Source: an uncultured delta proteobacterium (lineage in GTDB: Bacteria > Myxococcota > Myxococcia > Myxococcales > Myxococcaceae). From it: a stretch of 64,000 nt of DNA. The position numbers and the translations under genes are program-made. The stretch is from positions 352,001 through 416,000 of the forward strand of contig CAWCKH010000004.1 of assembly GCA_963796055.1 (NCBI GenBank). The letters are read 5' to 3'. Of this stretch, positions 1-8,739 are shown piece by piece. The notes under the pieces were generated by a model, which made no database searches, was not told the DNA's origin, and was given only the letters and a program-made list of their open reading frames with translations. The stretch's first letter is position 1. The number at the start of each line of letters is the position of its first letter.

Positions 1-77
1 GGGAGGAGACACTCGCCCGGGCGGTGGAGGCGCTGCGGGCGGCGGGGCACCGGATCGACGCGCCGCCGGGCGCTTGA
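1..77 (+). CDS. 3' end of an upstream gene, probably an ACT-domain (CASTOR/ACT_7-like) protein; partial
   Basis: Frame starting at base 3 reads EETLARAVEALRAAGHRIDAPPGA* (TGA 75-77), resembling the 'AVEALRAAGH' C-terminus of small ACT-domain proteins. Confidence 0.45.
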   Translation, partial: EETLARAVEALRAAGHRIDAPPGA

Positions 78-182
78 CGGGAGCGGTTCCCGCTGACGCC
101 GGGGTCCGCGCGCATTCTGGTCTGCTCGATGTCTGCGCCACTGGCCGTGCCGGGCAGTCCAGCCACGGGCGAGGGTCGGCGC

Positions 183-752
183 ATGAACTTCGCCCGACGA
201 TCTCGCCTGCTCGACCTTCTCCTCCGGCTCGTCCTGAGCGTGTCCTCGGTGGCCCTCGCCGCGCCGGCGACCCCGGCCCCGGCGCGGGACGGCCAGCACG
301 ACTTCGACTTCGCGCATGGAAGGTGGAAGATCCGCATCCGGAAGCTCAAGGCACCGCTCCGTGGCTCGACGGAGTGGGTGGAGATGTCCGGCACGTCGGT
401 GTGCCGTCCCTTCTGGAACGGCGCGGGGAATCTCGACGAGCTCCAGGTGGACGGGCCGGACGGGCGTGTCGAGGCGATCACCGTCCGGATGTACTCACCG
501 ACCGCCCGGCAGTGGTCGCTGAGCTGGGCGACGCGGAAGAGCGCGTCGTTCGGCGTGCCGACCGTGGGCGAGTTCCACGACGGCCGCGGCGAGTTCTACG
601 ATCAGGAGGTCTGGGAGGGACGGACGATCTTCGTCCGCTACGTCTGGTCCGGCATCACCCGGACATCGGCGCACTTCGAGCAGGCCTTCTCGGACGACGG
701 CGGGAAGACCTGGGAGGTGAACTGGATCACCGACCAGACGCGCATCGAGTAG
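183..752 (+). CDS. Secreted DUF1579-like hypothetical protein
   Basis: ATG at 183, signal-peptide-like N-terminus, motifs DGQHDFDF..GRW and FEQAFSDDGGKTWEVNW typical of this family. Confidence 0.75.
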   Translation: MNFARRSRLLDLLLRLVLSVSSVALAAPATPAPARDGQHDFDFAHGRWKIRIRKLKAPLRGSTEWVEMSGTSVCRPFWNGAGNLDELQVDGPDGRVEAITVRMYSPTARQWSLSWATRKSASFGVPTVGEFHDGRGEFYDQEVWEGRTIFVRYVWSGITRTSAHFEQAFSDDGGKTWEVNWITDQTRIE

Positions 753-971
753 GCACCACGGGGACGCGGTTCCGGATGGCACGGGCGGTGTCTCCCGGTC
801 CGGGCCACTCGATCTGGTGCACGGTGCCGGAGTCGCTCTGACGGGAGCCGGGAACCCCGTCCGGGGTGGGCGCCTGCGCCTGTACCGCGCTGGCCCACTC
901 CCGGAGCGCGGAGGGTTGCAACGGGTGATGATCGGGCCAAGCTGACACGAGACCCGTGTCGAGTCGCGACA

Positions 972-1220
972 AGACGGGGATGCCAGATTGCACGCGGCAT
1001 CCCGAAACAATCTCTCAGCTGGGCGGGGGGGTCGGAGCACTGGCCATCTCGAGCTGGAAAGCGAGCGCTCGGGATGTGGAGTCCGATTCGGGGATGCTGA
1101 GTGCAATTCCACGTTCCGAAACGGACCCTTCTACGTTCCAGCAACGCTGACCCGCGCACCACCCTCCGCCCATGGGAGAGATTGTTTCGGGACGCCACGT
1201 TCGACGCCACGTTCTGGAAC
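972..1220. repeat. Intergenic cluster of three related 37-bp imperfect palindromes (972-1008, 1086-1122, 1184-1220) with a 40-bp inverted repeat (992-1031 / 1161-1200)
   Basis: Hand alignment: perfect 17-bp IR tcccgaaacaatctctc (1000-1016) / gagagattgtttcggga (1176-1192); 33/40 over the extended arms; tandem 12-mer gacgccacgttc x2 at 1191-1214. Confidence 0.8.
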
Positions 1221-1468
1221 AGCGCCCGATGCGCGTCTTGCTCGGTTTCCGCGATTCCGGGCATCCGAGGGTTTGGACTCAGATGGGCTCCATCGAGCGC
1301 TCGAGCTCCGCGCAGGCCGCCCCGTGTAGGGTCCAACGTTCGTCCTCCGCCAGTCCGTCTCCCCAGGGGCCTGGCAAGCGCGGGTCAAGCCTCCGCCGCG
1401 GTGGTCGACCGAGCCTCCACCTCGGCTTCGACCGGCGCCCTCCCTCCCGCGAAACGCCTTCGGGCGGC

Positions 1469-2365
1469 TCAGCCTGCAACGAGCCGCAGGTCGGCCGCGG
1501 GCACCGCGACGGGCTGCTGCTGCGCCTGCCGATCCCACCCCACCGCGAACCGGACCGCCCGCTCGATCACCGTGGGGTCGGCGAGCAGCCTCCGATGCCC
1601 GAGGCCCTCGGTGGCAAACAGCTCGGCTCCCGGCCAGCCGCGGTGCAGCGCCTGGGCGGAGAGGAACGGGACCTCGCGGTCGCTGCGGTCGTGGATGACC
1701 AGCGCCCGCCCCGACAGCCGCGGGGCCACCGCGCTCAGCTCCATCGTCTCGATGCCGCCCTCGGTGAGCACGCGCCGGACCCGCTCCCGGATCCCGCTGC
1801 GGACCGCAGGCGCCAGCCCGAGCAGCTGCTCGAAGTGCTGGAGGTACGGCTCCATCGAGACCGGGCCGGAGATGAGCACCGCTCTGGGGAGCGGAGCGCC
1901 CTTGCCGGCGGCGAGCACCGTGGCCGGGACGCCGAAGGAGTGGGCGATGACCGCCTCCACCGACGGCTCGCGGCGAAGGCACATCTCCACCGCCGCCGCG
2001 GCCTGGGCCAGGTTCAGCCGCCGCCCTGGCGAGCGGCCATGGGCCGGCAGATCGAGGGCGACCACCCGGCGTCCCGCATCCCGCAGGGGCGAGACGAACG
2101 ACGCGAGGTCGCCCGAGCCACCGCCCCAGCCGTGCACCAGGAGCACCGTCGGGCCTCCGCCCTGCCACAGGTAGCTGGTAACCTGACGCCCCCCGGCCCG
2201 GAACCGCTCCACCGCGTCCGGCGCGGTGCCGAACCGCGGTACCCGCCGCGGCCCGGTGATGCAGAACAGCTCGAAGGCGAGCCGGCCAGCCGCACGGGGC
2301 GACACGGCCCCCGCTGCGGAGATCAGCCCGGACAGTAAACGAACGTTCGTACTATTCTTTGCCAT
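1469..2365 (-). CDS. Alpha/beta fold hydrolase
   Basis: LLVHGWGG, nucleophile elbow AHSFG, HDxxD and GLGHRR motifs. Confidence 0.9.
   Translation of the reverse strand: MAKNSTNVRLLSGLISAAGAVSPRAAGRLAFELFCITGPRRVPRFGTAPDAVERFRAGGRQVTSYLWQGGGPTVLLVHGWGGGSGDLASFVSPLRDAGRRVVALDLPAHGRSPGRRLNLAQAAAAVEMCLRREPSVEAVIAHSFGVPATVLAAGKGAPLPRAVLISGPVSMEPYLQHFEQLLGLAPAVRSGIRERVRRVLTEGGIETMELSAVAPRLSGRALVIHDRSDREVPFLSAQALHRGWPGAELFATEGLGHRRLLADPTVIERAVRFAVGWDRQAQQQPVAVPAADLRLVAG
2339..2350. promoter_or_regulatory. Putative TetR operator inside the first codons of the hydrolase gene
   Basis: Perfect palindrome ACGAACGTTCGT in an AT-rich patch; 11/12 identical to the site at 3015-3026. Confidence 0.65.
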
Positions 2366-2405
2366 GGCGATTCCTCCTCGACGACGTGCAACGACGGGTG
2401 ACAGG

Positions 2406-3002
2406 TCAGCGCGCGGGCAAGGCCTGCGCGAGCAGCTGCTCGAAGGACTGCCGGGCCAGGGCCTCGGCGTTGCGCTGGCGGAGAAGACGCCGCGCGTGGT
2501 GGAAGCCCAGCATCAGGCCGTGGATCTGGAAGGCGAGCAGGTCGCAGTCGAGGTCGGCGCGGAACACGCCCGACTCGACACCGAGCCGGGCCGAGCGCGA
2601 GAGGAGAGCCAGCAGCCGCTTCTCCTCCTCGACCAGGTAGTCGCGGACCGGACCCGGGCGATCGTCCAGCTCGAAGGAGGCGGCGGCGAAGATGCACCCG
2701 CCCAGTGCGTCGGGTGTGAAGGCCCACTTCAGCCACAGCTCGAACAGCGCCCGGAGCCGGGGCGCGCCGCGCGGCTGCTGCAGGGCCGGGCGGACGACAT
2801 TCGCCTCGAAGTCTGCCGAAGAGGCCCGGAGCACTTCGACCTGAAGCTCTTCCTTGCTGCCGAAGTGGGCGAAGAGCCCGCTCTTCGACATCTCCAGCGC
2901 CGAGGCCAGCTCGCCGATGCTCAGCCCCTCCAGGCCGTCACGGCTCGCCACCCTCGAGGCGTGGCGCAGGATGCGCGTCCGGGTTTCCTCGCCCTTGCTC
3001 AC
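2406..3002 (-). CDS. TetR/AcrR family transcriptional regulator
   Basis: HTH motif SIGELASALEMSKSGLFAHFGSKEEL; GTG start at 3002 (VSKGEETR). Confidence 0.93.
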   Translation of the reverse strand: MSKGEETRTRILRHASRVASRDGLEGLSIGELASALEMSKSGLFAHFGSKEELQVEVLRASSADFEANVVRPALQQPRGAPRLRALFELWLKWAFTPDALGGCIFAAASFELDDRPGPVRDYLVEEEKRLLALLSRSARLGVESGVFRADLDCDLLAFQIHGLMLGFHHARRLLRQRNAEALARQSFEQLLAQALPAR

Positions 3003-3009
3003 GGGGTCC

Positions 3010-3038
3010 TTAATACGAACGGTCGTTCTTTTTGTCAA
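3010..3038 (-). promoter_or_regulatory. Sigma70-type promoter of tetR with an operator in the spacer
   Basis: Minus strand TTGACA (3038-3033), 17-nt spacer, TATTAA (3015-3010), then 7 nt to GTG; ACGAACGGTCGT at 3015-3026. Confidence 0.7.
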
Positions 3039-5115
3039 CTCCCCCGTCCGCGGCCGGCGGGAGCCGGGCTCCCACCCCCTGGAGCACGGTCCGGAGCACG
3101 TGCGCCAGCTCCTCGATGCGGAAGGGCTTGTCGACGACCTCCCGGATGCCCGCCGCCCGCGCGGTGGACGCCGGGACCGACCACCGGTTCCCCGTGGACA
3201 GCACCACCGGCAGCTGGGGACGGATCCGTGCCACCCGCGCGGCGAGCTCCACCCCGTCCATCCGCGGCATCTGGAGGTCGGTGAGCAGCAGGTCGAAGTC
3301 GTCCGGATCCTCGGCGATGAGCTCCAGGGCCTCCTCGGGGTCGTTCACCGAGGTGACCTGGTACCCCAGCCGCCGCAGCTGCTCGCTCACCACCCGGGCG
3401 ATGACCGGCTCGTCGTCCACCACCAGGAGGCGCTCGCCCGCGCCGGGCGGCGCCGCGCCCGGGGCCACCACCGCTTCCGGGCGCTCCGCCTCGGCGGGGG
3501 GCAGCTCGACGTCGAAGGTGGTTCCCTGGCCGGGCGCGCTCCGGACGAAGATCTGCCCGCCGTGGTCCTGGACGATGCCCTGCACCACCGCCAGCCCGAG
3601 GCCGGTCCCCTCCCCCGGCGCCCGGGTGGTGAAGAAGGGCTCGAAGATCCGCTCCAGCACCTCGGGCGTCATCCCCGCCCCGTCGTCCGACACCCGGAGC
3701 CGCACCGTGTCCGGCGGCGCGCCGTCGCCCCCCGACCCCGGGAGATTCCCCAGGTACACGCCGATCTTCCCCCTCCGGCCCTGCAGCGCCGCAGCGGCGT
3801 TGGCGACGAGGTTGATCACCAGCTGGTGCATCTGTCCCTGATCGGCGAGCACCCGCGCCGTTCCCGAGTCGATGGCCGCCTCCAGCTCCACCGAGGCGGG
3901 GATCGACGCCCGCATCAGCTGGAGCGCCTCGGCCACCACCCGCTGCAGCTGGACCGGGCGGTGCTCCTGCCCGCTGCTCCGGGCGAAGGTGAGCAGCTGG
4001 CGAACCACGTCGCGGGCCCGACCACTGGCCTGGAGGATCTCCGAGGCCCGGGCCTGCATGGGCCCCGAGCACTCGTCGTGGAGCAGCTGCGCCTGGCCCA
4101 TGATGGCGGTGAGCACGTTGTTGAAGTCGTGGGCGATGCCGCTGGCCAGGGTGCCGATCGCCTCCCGCTTCTGTGACTGCCGCAGCTGCATCTCCAGATG
4201 CGCCCGGCGGGCCTCGGCCTCCTTGCGCTCGCTCACGTCGCGCCCGATGCCCAGCAGATCCGCGGAGGGGTCCGGAGACACGGCCAGCACCACCTCCAGC
4301 ACCCGCTCGCCCGCCACCGCACGCACCGGCACCTCGAGGGCGGGCCCGGGCGCGTCCTTCAGCCGGGTCCAGATCTCCTCCGCCCGCTCGCTGGCGATCA
4401 GCGAGACGAACCGCCGTCCCACCCAGTGGGCGGCCTGGAACCCGGTCACCGACTCGAACGCCGGGTTGAGCGCGGTGATGACCCCCTCGCGGTTGACGGT
4501 GAAGATGACGTCGCGGGCCCGGTCCACGAGCGTCCGGTAGCGATCCTGCGAGGCGCGGAGGTTCCGGGCCGCCAGCACCTGGAAGGCCACGGTCAGCCCG
4601 GCGTACACCGCGAAGTCGGCGAAGGTGGCCAGGGCCGAGTTGTGAATGGCCGGCGGCGGCAGCGCTCCTTTCGCTCCGGCAACGGCGAGCGCCAGCGCGG
4701 AGAGCAGAGACACCCCCGCGGTGACCACGGTGGCGCGCACCCCGAGCAGCAGGCCGGCGGCGACGATGAGCACCAGGTAGCCGAGCGGAGCCGAGCTCTG
4801 GATCCCCCCGGCGGTGGCCGCGGACACGGTCAACAAGAAGAACCCGCAGGCGAGATAGCCCACCGCGGCGAGCACCACCTGGCCTCGCCGGACGGCAAAG
4901 ACGAGGACGAGGACCACCGTCCACCCGAACGCCGTCTGCAGGCCGTACCGCATCCATGCTGCCGGATCGACCCAGGCGGAGATGGCCAGGTAGACCAGGA
5001 AGCCGGCCGCCTGGATCCCCAGGAACGACAGGAGGAGACGTGCCGCCCCGCGCGTGCGCAGCTCGCGCGACACCGCATCGGTCCGAGGGACGGTGGAGAG
5101 TGTCTCCAGCTTCAC
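3010..5115 (-). CDS. Membrane hybrid sensor histidine kinase (TM-PAS-HisKA-HATPase-REC)
   Basis: Several TM helices, PAS region, H-box GIAHDFNNVL, DDGAGM / FEPFFTT / GTGLGL, receiver LLVVDDE...TDLQMP. Confidence 0.92.
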   Translation of the reverse strand: MKLETLSTVPRTDAVSRELRTRGAARLLLSFLGIQAAGFLVYLAISAWVDPAAWMRYGLQTAFGWTVVLVLVFAVRRGQVVLAAVGYLACGFFLLTVSAATAGGIQSSAPLGYLVLIVAAGLLLGVRATVVTAGVSLLSALALAVAGAKGALPPPAIHNSALATFADFAVYAGLTVAFQVLAARNLRASQDRYRTLVDRARDVIFTVNREGVITALNPAFESVTGFQAAHWVGRRFVSLIASERAEEIWTRLKDAPGPALEVPVRAVAGERVLEVVLAVSPDPSADLLGIGRDVSERKEAEARRAHLEMQLRQSQKREAIGTLASGIAHDFNNVLTAIMGQAQLLHDECSGPMQARASEILQASGRARDVVRQLLTFARSSGQEHRPVQLQRVVAEALQLMRASIPASVELEAAIDSGTARVLADQGQMHQLVINLVANAAAALQGRRGKIGVYLGNLPGSGGDGAPPDTVRLRVSDDGAGMTPEVLERIFEPFFTTRAPGEGTGLGLAVVQGIVQDHGGQIFVRSAPGQGTTFDVELPPAEAERPEAVVAPGAAPPGAGERLLVVDDEPVIARVVSEQLRRLGYQVTSVNDPEEALELIAEDPDDFDLLLTDLQMPRMDGVELAARVARIRPQLPVVLSTGNRWSVPASTARAAGIREVVDKPFRIEELAHVLRTVLQGVGARLPPAADGGVDKKNDRSY

Positions 5116-5168
5116 CGGTGCGCCATTACCAGATTCCGGGCACCTGCCCTAAGGTCCCCCGCGCTCGC

Positions 5169-6569
5169 ATGCGACTCGCCGCTCTGCTGCTGCTCGCCTC
5201 GGCCACCACCGTCGCCGCCCCGCCTCGCACGTTCCGGATCGACTACTTCCACACCGGAAGCGGGGGGAAGGAGATCTTCAGCCTCGACCGGCTCACCGTG
5301 GAGCCGCTGCCCTGGCCGGGGAATCCCGGCCGACCCATCGACGACACCGACCTGGGCAAGTACCGGTTCCAGGTGCGCGACGCGACGAGCAAGGACCTCC
5401 TCTACTCGCGCGGGTTCAGCTCCATCTACGGCGAGTGGGAGGACACCCAGGAGGCGAAGGAGCGGGCGCGCACCTTCGAGGAGTCGCTGCGTTTTCCGCT
5501 GCCCTCCGGCCCGGTGGAGGTGACGCTGGAGAAGCGCGACCAGAAGAACGCCTTCCTCCCGCTGTGGACCTTCAAGGTCGACCCGAAGGACCAGACCGTG
5601 AGCGACGCCGCTCCCGACAGTCCCGGTCCCCTCGTTCCCTTCCTCAAGAATGGCCCCTCCGCGTCGAAGGTGGACGTGCTCATCCTCGGCGACGGCTACA
5701 CCCGGGCGCAGCGGGGCAAGTTCGAGAAGGACGCCCGGCGGCTGGTGTCGATCCTCTTCTCTCAGTCGCCGTTCAGAGAGCGGAAGCAGGACTTCAACGT
5801 CTGGGGCCTCTGCCCCGAGTCCCGCGAGCCGGGCATCTCCCGCCCCTCCACCGGCATCCACCGCCGGAGCCGCATCGGCGCCACCTACGACGCGTTCGGG
5901 AGCGAGCGGTACATCCTCACCTTCGACAACCGCTCCTTCCGCGACGTGGCCTCCTTCGCCCCCTACGAGTTCGTGGAGATCCTGGTCAACGGGAACACCT
6001 ATGGCGGCGGGGGCATCTTCGGGCTGTACAGCACCGTGGCCGCCGACTCGGTCTGGTCGCCCTACGTCTTCGTCCACGAGTTCGGGCACCACTTCGCCGC
6101 ACTGGCGGACGAGTACTTCACCTCGGACAGCCCCTTGGTTCCCTCGGCCGACCGGGTGGAGCCCTGGGAGCCCAACGTCACCGCGCTGAAGGACCCCGCG
6201 CAGCTCAAGTGGAAGGCCCTGGTCTCGCCCGGGACGCCCCTCCCGACGCCCTGGCGCAAGGAGGAGTTCGAGAGCTTCAGCCGCGCGATCCAGATCGAGC
6301 GGAAGAAGATCCGCGCCGATCGCCGGCCCGAATCGGAGATGGACGCGCTCTTCACCCGCGAGAAGAAGGAGGTCACCCGCCTGCTGGGCACCGACCAGTA
6401 CTCGGGCAAGGTGGGCGCCTTCGAGGGCGCGATGTACGAGTCCCGCGGCTACTTCCGGCCCGAGGAGGACTGCATCATGTTCACCCGCGACGAGGTGCCG
6501 TTCTGCCGCGTCTGCCAGGCGGCCCTCTCGCGCATCATCGACCTCTACGTGAAGGGCCCGCCGCAGTGA
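5169..6569 (+). CDS. Secreted M64-family (IgA peptidase-like) metallopeptidase
   Basis: Signal peptide, LGDGYT, HEFGH..AALADEY zinc motif, C-terminal DCIM..FCRVC. Confidence 0.88.
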   Translation: MRLAALLLLASATTVAAPPRTFRIDYFHTGSGGKEIFSLDRLTVEPLPWPGNPGRPIDDTDLGKYRFQVRDATSKDLLYSRGFSSIYGEWEDTQEAKERARTFEESLRFPLPSGPVEVTLEKRDQKNAFLPLWTFKVDPKDQTVSDAAPDSPGPLVPFLKNGPSASKVDVLILGDGYTRAQRGKFEKDARRLVSILFSQSPFRERKQDFNVWGLCPESREPGISRPSTGIHRRSRIGATYDAFGSERYILTFDNRSFRDVASFAPYEFVEILVNGNTYGGGGIFGLYSTVAADSVWSPYVFVHEFGHHFAALADEYFTSDSPLVPSADRVEPWEPNVTALKDPAQLKWKALVSPGTPLPTPWRKEEFESFSRAIQIERKKIRADRRPESEMDALFTREKKEVTRLLGTDQYSGKVGAFEGAMYESRGYFRPEEDCIMFTRDEVPFCRVCQAALSRIIDLYVKGPPQ

Positions 6570-6949
6570 CGCGGGTCGCGCTGGTGGCGCTGGGCGGGGC
6601 CATCGGTTCGGTCGCCCGCTACGGGGTCGGGGCGCTGGCCGCGCAGCTGCTCGGGCCGGCCTTTCCCTGGGGCACGCTCCTGGTCAACCTCACCGGCTCC
6701 TTCCTCATCGCCCTGGTGATGCACGTCGCCCTGAGCGGGACGGTCATCTCGCTCGAGCTCCGCATCTTCCTCACCACCGGAGTCATGGGCGGGTTCACCA
6801 CCTACTCCTCGTTCAACTACGAGACGCTGGCGCTGCTGAACCAGCGGGCGTATGGCCTCGCGGGACTGAACCTGGCCGCCACCGTGCTCGGGTGCCTCGC
6901 CGCGGGGGTCCTGGGCCTCGCGGCCGGACGCGCGGTGGCAGGAGGCTGA
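6566..6949 (+). CDS. crcB: Fluoride efflux channel CrcB/FluC
   Basis: GTG overlapping the upstream stop; GGAIGSVARY, FPWGTLLVN, GGFTTYSSF signature. Confidence 0.93.
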   Translation: MTRVALVALGGAIGSVARYGVGALAAQLLGPAFPWGTLLVNLTGSFLIALVMHVALSGTVISLELRIFLTTGVMGGFTTYSSFNYETLALLNQRAYGLAGLNLAATVLGCLAAGVLGLAAGRAVAGG

Positions 6950-6952
6950 GCG

Positions 6953-7312
6953 ATGGGTCACCGGGTGCTCGAGGGCGAGCAGACTCTGCTGAGAATCTTC
7001 CTCGGCGAATCCGACCTCTGGCACGGCCGCCCGCTGCACCTCGCCCTGCTCGAGCGGCTCCGGAAGGAGGGCGCGGCCGGGGTCACCGTCCTCCGCGGCA
7101 TCGCCGGGTTCGGGGCGCGCAGCGTCGTGCACACCACCCACATCCTCCGGCTGAGCGAGGACCTGCCCATCGTGCTCGAGCTGGTGGACACGCCCGAGCA
7201 CGTGGAGCGCCTGCTCCCCATCCTGGACGAGATGGTGAGCGAGGGCCTGGTCACGATGGAGAAGGTCCGGGTGGTGAAGTACGCCCCCGGGGTCCGGCCC
7301 GCTCCGGCCTGA
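6953..7312 (+). CDS. DUF190 (PII-like) protein
   Basis: LRIFLGESD, GVTVLRGIAGFG, LSEDLPIVLE; usual crcB neighbour. Confidence 0.9.
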   Translation: MGHRVLEGEQTLLRIFLGESDLWHGRPLHLALLERLRKEGAAGVTVLRGIAGFGARSVVHTTHILRLSEDLPIVLELVDTPEHVERLLPILDEMVSEGLVTMEKVRVVKYAPGVRPAPA

Positions 7313-7436
7313 CCGCTCCCGCCTCAGGGCGCTCGATTCCCACCCGCCCTGCACAGTCGGCCTCCGTGCGGCGCACTGGCGACTGTGCTGGCGCCTTCCC
7401 CTCTGGCTCCGGTAAGGGGGACGCGGAGGACGCCAC

Positions 7437-8738
7437 GTGGCTCTCGACCTGAACGACACCCTGGGGCACCCGCGGGACCCCGACACCGTCAGCGGCATGG
7501 CCCGGGGGCTGATGGGAAGCGAGATCCTCAAGGTCGCGGGCGAGATCCGCGCGCTGGTGGCAAAGGGGCAGAAGGTCTGCAACCTCACCGTGGGCGACTT
7601 CAGCCCCCGCGAGTTTCCGATCCCCGCCGGCCTGCGCGACTTCATCGGCGAGGCGCTCCGGGCCGGGGAGACGAACTACCCGCCGGCGGACGGCATGCCC
7701 GAGCTTCGGCAAGCGGTGCAGCGCTTCTACGCCCGCGGCCTCGGGTTGCACTACCCGCTGGAGAGCATCGTCATCGCCAGCGGAGCGCGGCCGGTGGTCT
7801 ACGGGACGTTCCGCACCGTGGTCGACCCCGGGGACGTGGTCATCTACCCGGTGCCCAGCTGGAACAACCAGTACTACGTCTACATGGTGGGGGCGAAGGG
7901 CGCGGTGGTGCCCACGTATCCCGAGCAAGGGTTCATGCCCACGGTCGAGCAGGTCCGCCCGTACCTGCCGCGCGCCCGCCTGCTCTGCCTGGGCAGCCCG
8001 CTCAACCCCACCGGGACCATGTTCGCCGCCGAGCAGCTCAAGGCTCTGTGCGAGGCGGTGGTGGAGGAGAACCTCGAGCGCAAGCACGCCGGGCGCCCGC
8101 CGGTCATCGTGATGTACGACCAGATCTACTGGGTGCTCACCTACGACGGGGAGAAGCACGTGACGCCGGTGGGGCTGGTTCCCGAGATGGCCCCCTACAC
8201 CGTGTTCGTCGACGGGATCTCCAAGGCGTTCGCCGCCACCGGCGTCCGGGTGGGCTGGGGGGTGGGACCGCCGTCCATCATCTCCAGGATGAAGGACCTC
8301 ATCGGGCACACCGGTGCGTGGGCGCCCCGGGCCGAGCAGGTCGCCTCGGCGCGCTTCCTCGACGACGTGCCGGCGATGGAGCGCTACCTGGTCGAGATGC
8401 GCCGCGGGGTGGAGTCACGGCTCCAGGCGCTCCACCATGGGGTGATGGAGCTCCGCAACCGCGGCCTCCCGGTGAGCGACATCGCCCCGCAGGGCGCGAT
8501 CTACCTGTCGGTGCACTTCGACCTCGTCGGCCGCGCCGGCATCCGCGGCAACGAGGACATCCGGAAGCTGCTGCTCGAGGGTGCCGGCTTCGCGGCGGTG
8601 CCCTTCCAGGCCTTCGGGCTCCAGGACGAGACCGGCTGGTTCCGCTGCAGCGTGGGTGCAGTGTCCGAGGCTGAGATCCGCGAGGTCCTGCCGCGCGTCG
8701 AGTCCGTGCTCCGGACGGTGGTGGACGCCGCGGCCTGA
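7437..8738 (+). CDS. PLP-dependent aminotransferase class I/II (aspartate aminotransferase-like)
   Basis: SPLNPTG, YDQIY, DGISKAFAATGVRVGW (PLP lysine). Confidence 0.9.
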   Translation: MALDLNDTLGHPRDPDTVSGMARGLMGSEILKVAGEIRALVAKGQKVCNLTVGDFSPREFPIPAGLRDFIGEALRAGETNYPPADGMPELRQAVQRFYARGLGLHYPLESIVIASGARPVVYGTFRTVVDPGDVVIYPVPSWNNQYYVYMVGAKGAVVPTYPEQGFMPTVEQVRPYLPRARLLCLGSPLNPTGTMFAAEQLKALCEAVVEENLERKHAGRPPVIVMYDQIYWVLTYDGEKHVTPVGLVPEMAPYTVFVDGISKAFAATGVRVGWGVGPPSIISRMKDLIGHTGAWAPRAEQVASARFLDDVPAMERYLVEMRRGVESRLQALHHGVMELRNRGLPVSDIAPQGAIYLSVHFDLVGRAGIRGNEDIRKLLLEGAGFAAVPFQAFGLQDETGWFRCSVGAVSEAEIREVLPRVESVLRTVVDAAA

Positions 8739-8739
8739 C

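Noticed and set aside
972..1220. CRISPR array (37-nt units ending in GAAAC/GGAAC)
   Set aside because: Units are only about 60-65% identical, gaps are 77 and 61 nt, one core is inverted, and there are no cas genes in the window
753..1468. Retron msr/msd, or a protein-coding gene (ORFs 638-1336, 988-1329, 956-1150)
   Set aside because: No reverse transcriptase nearby; the ORFs lack host-like codon bias and recognisable motifs
5116..6566. Fluoride riboswitch upstream of crcB
   Set aside because: crcB overlaps the upstream gene, and I saw no riboswitch-like motif in the 5116-5168 leader
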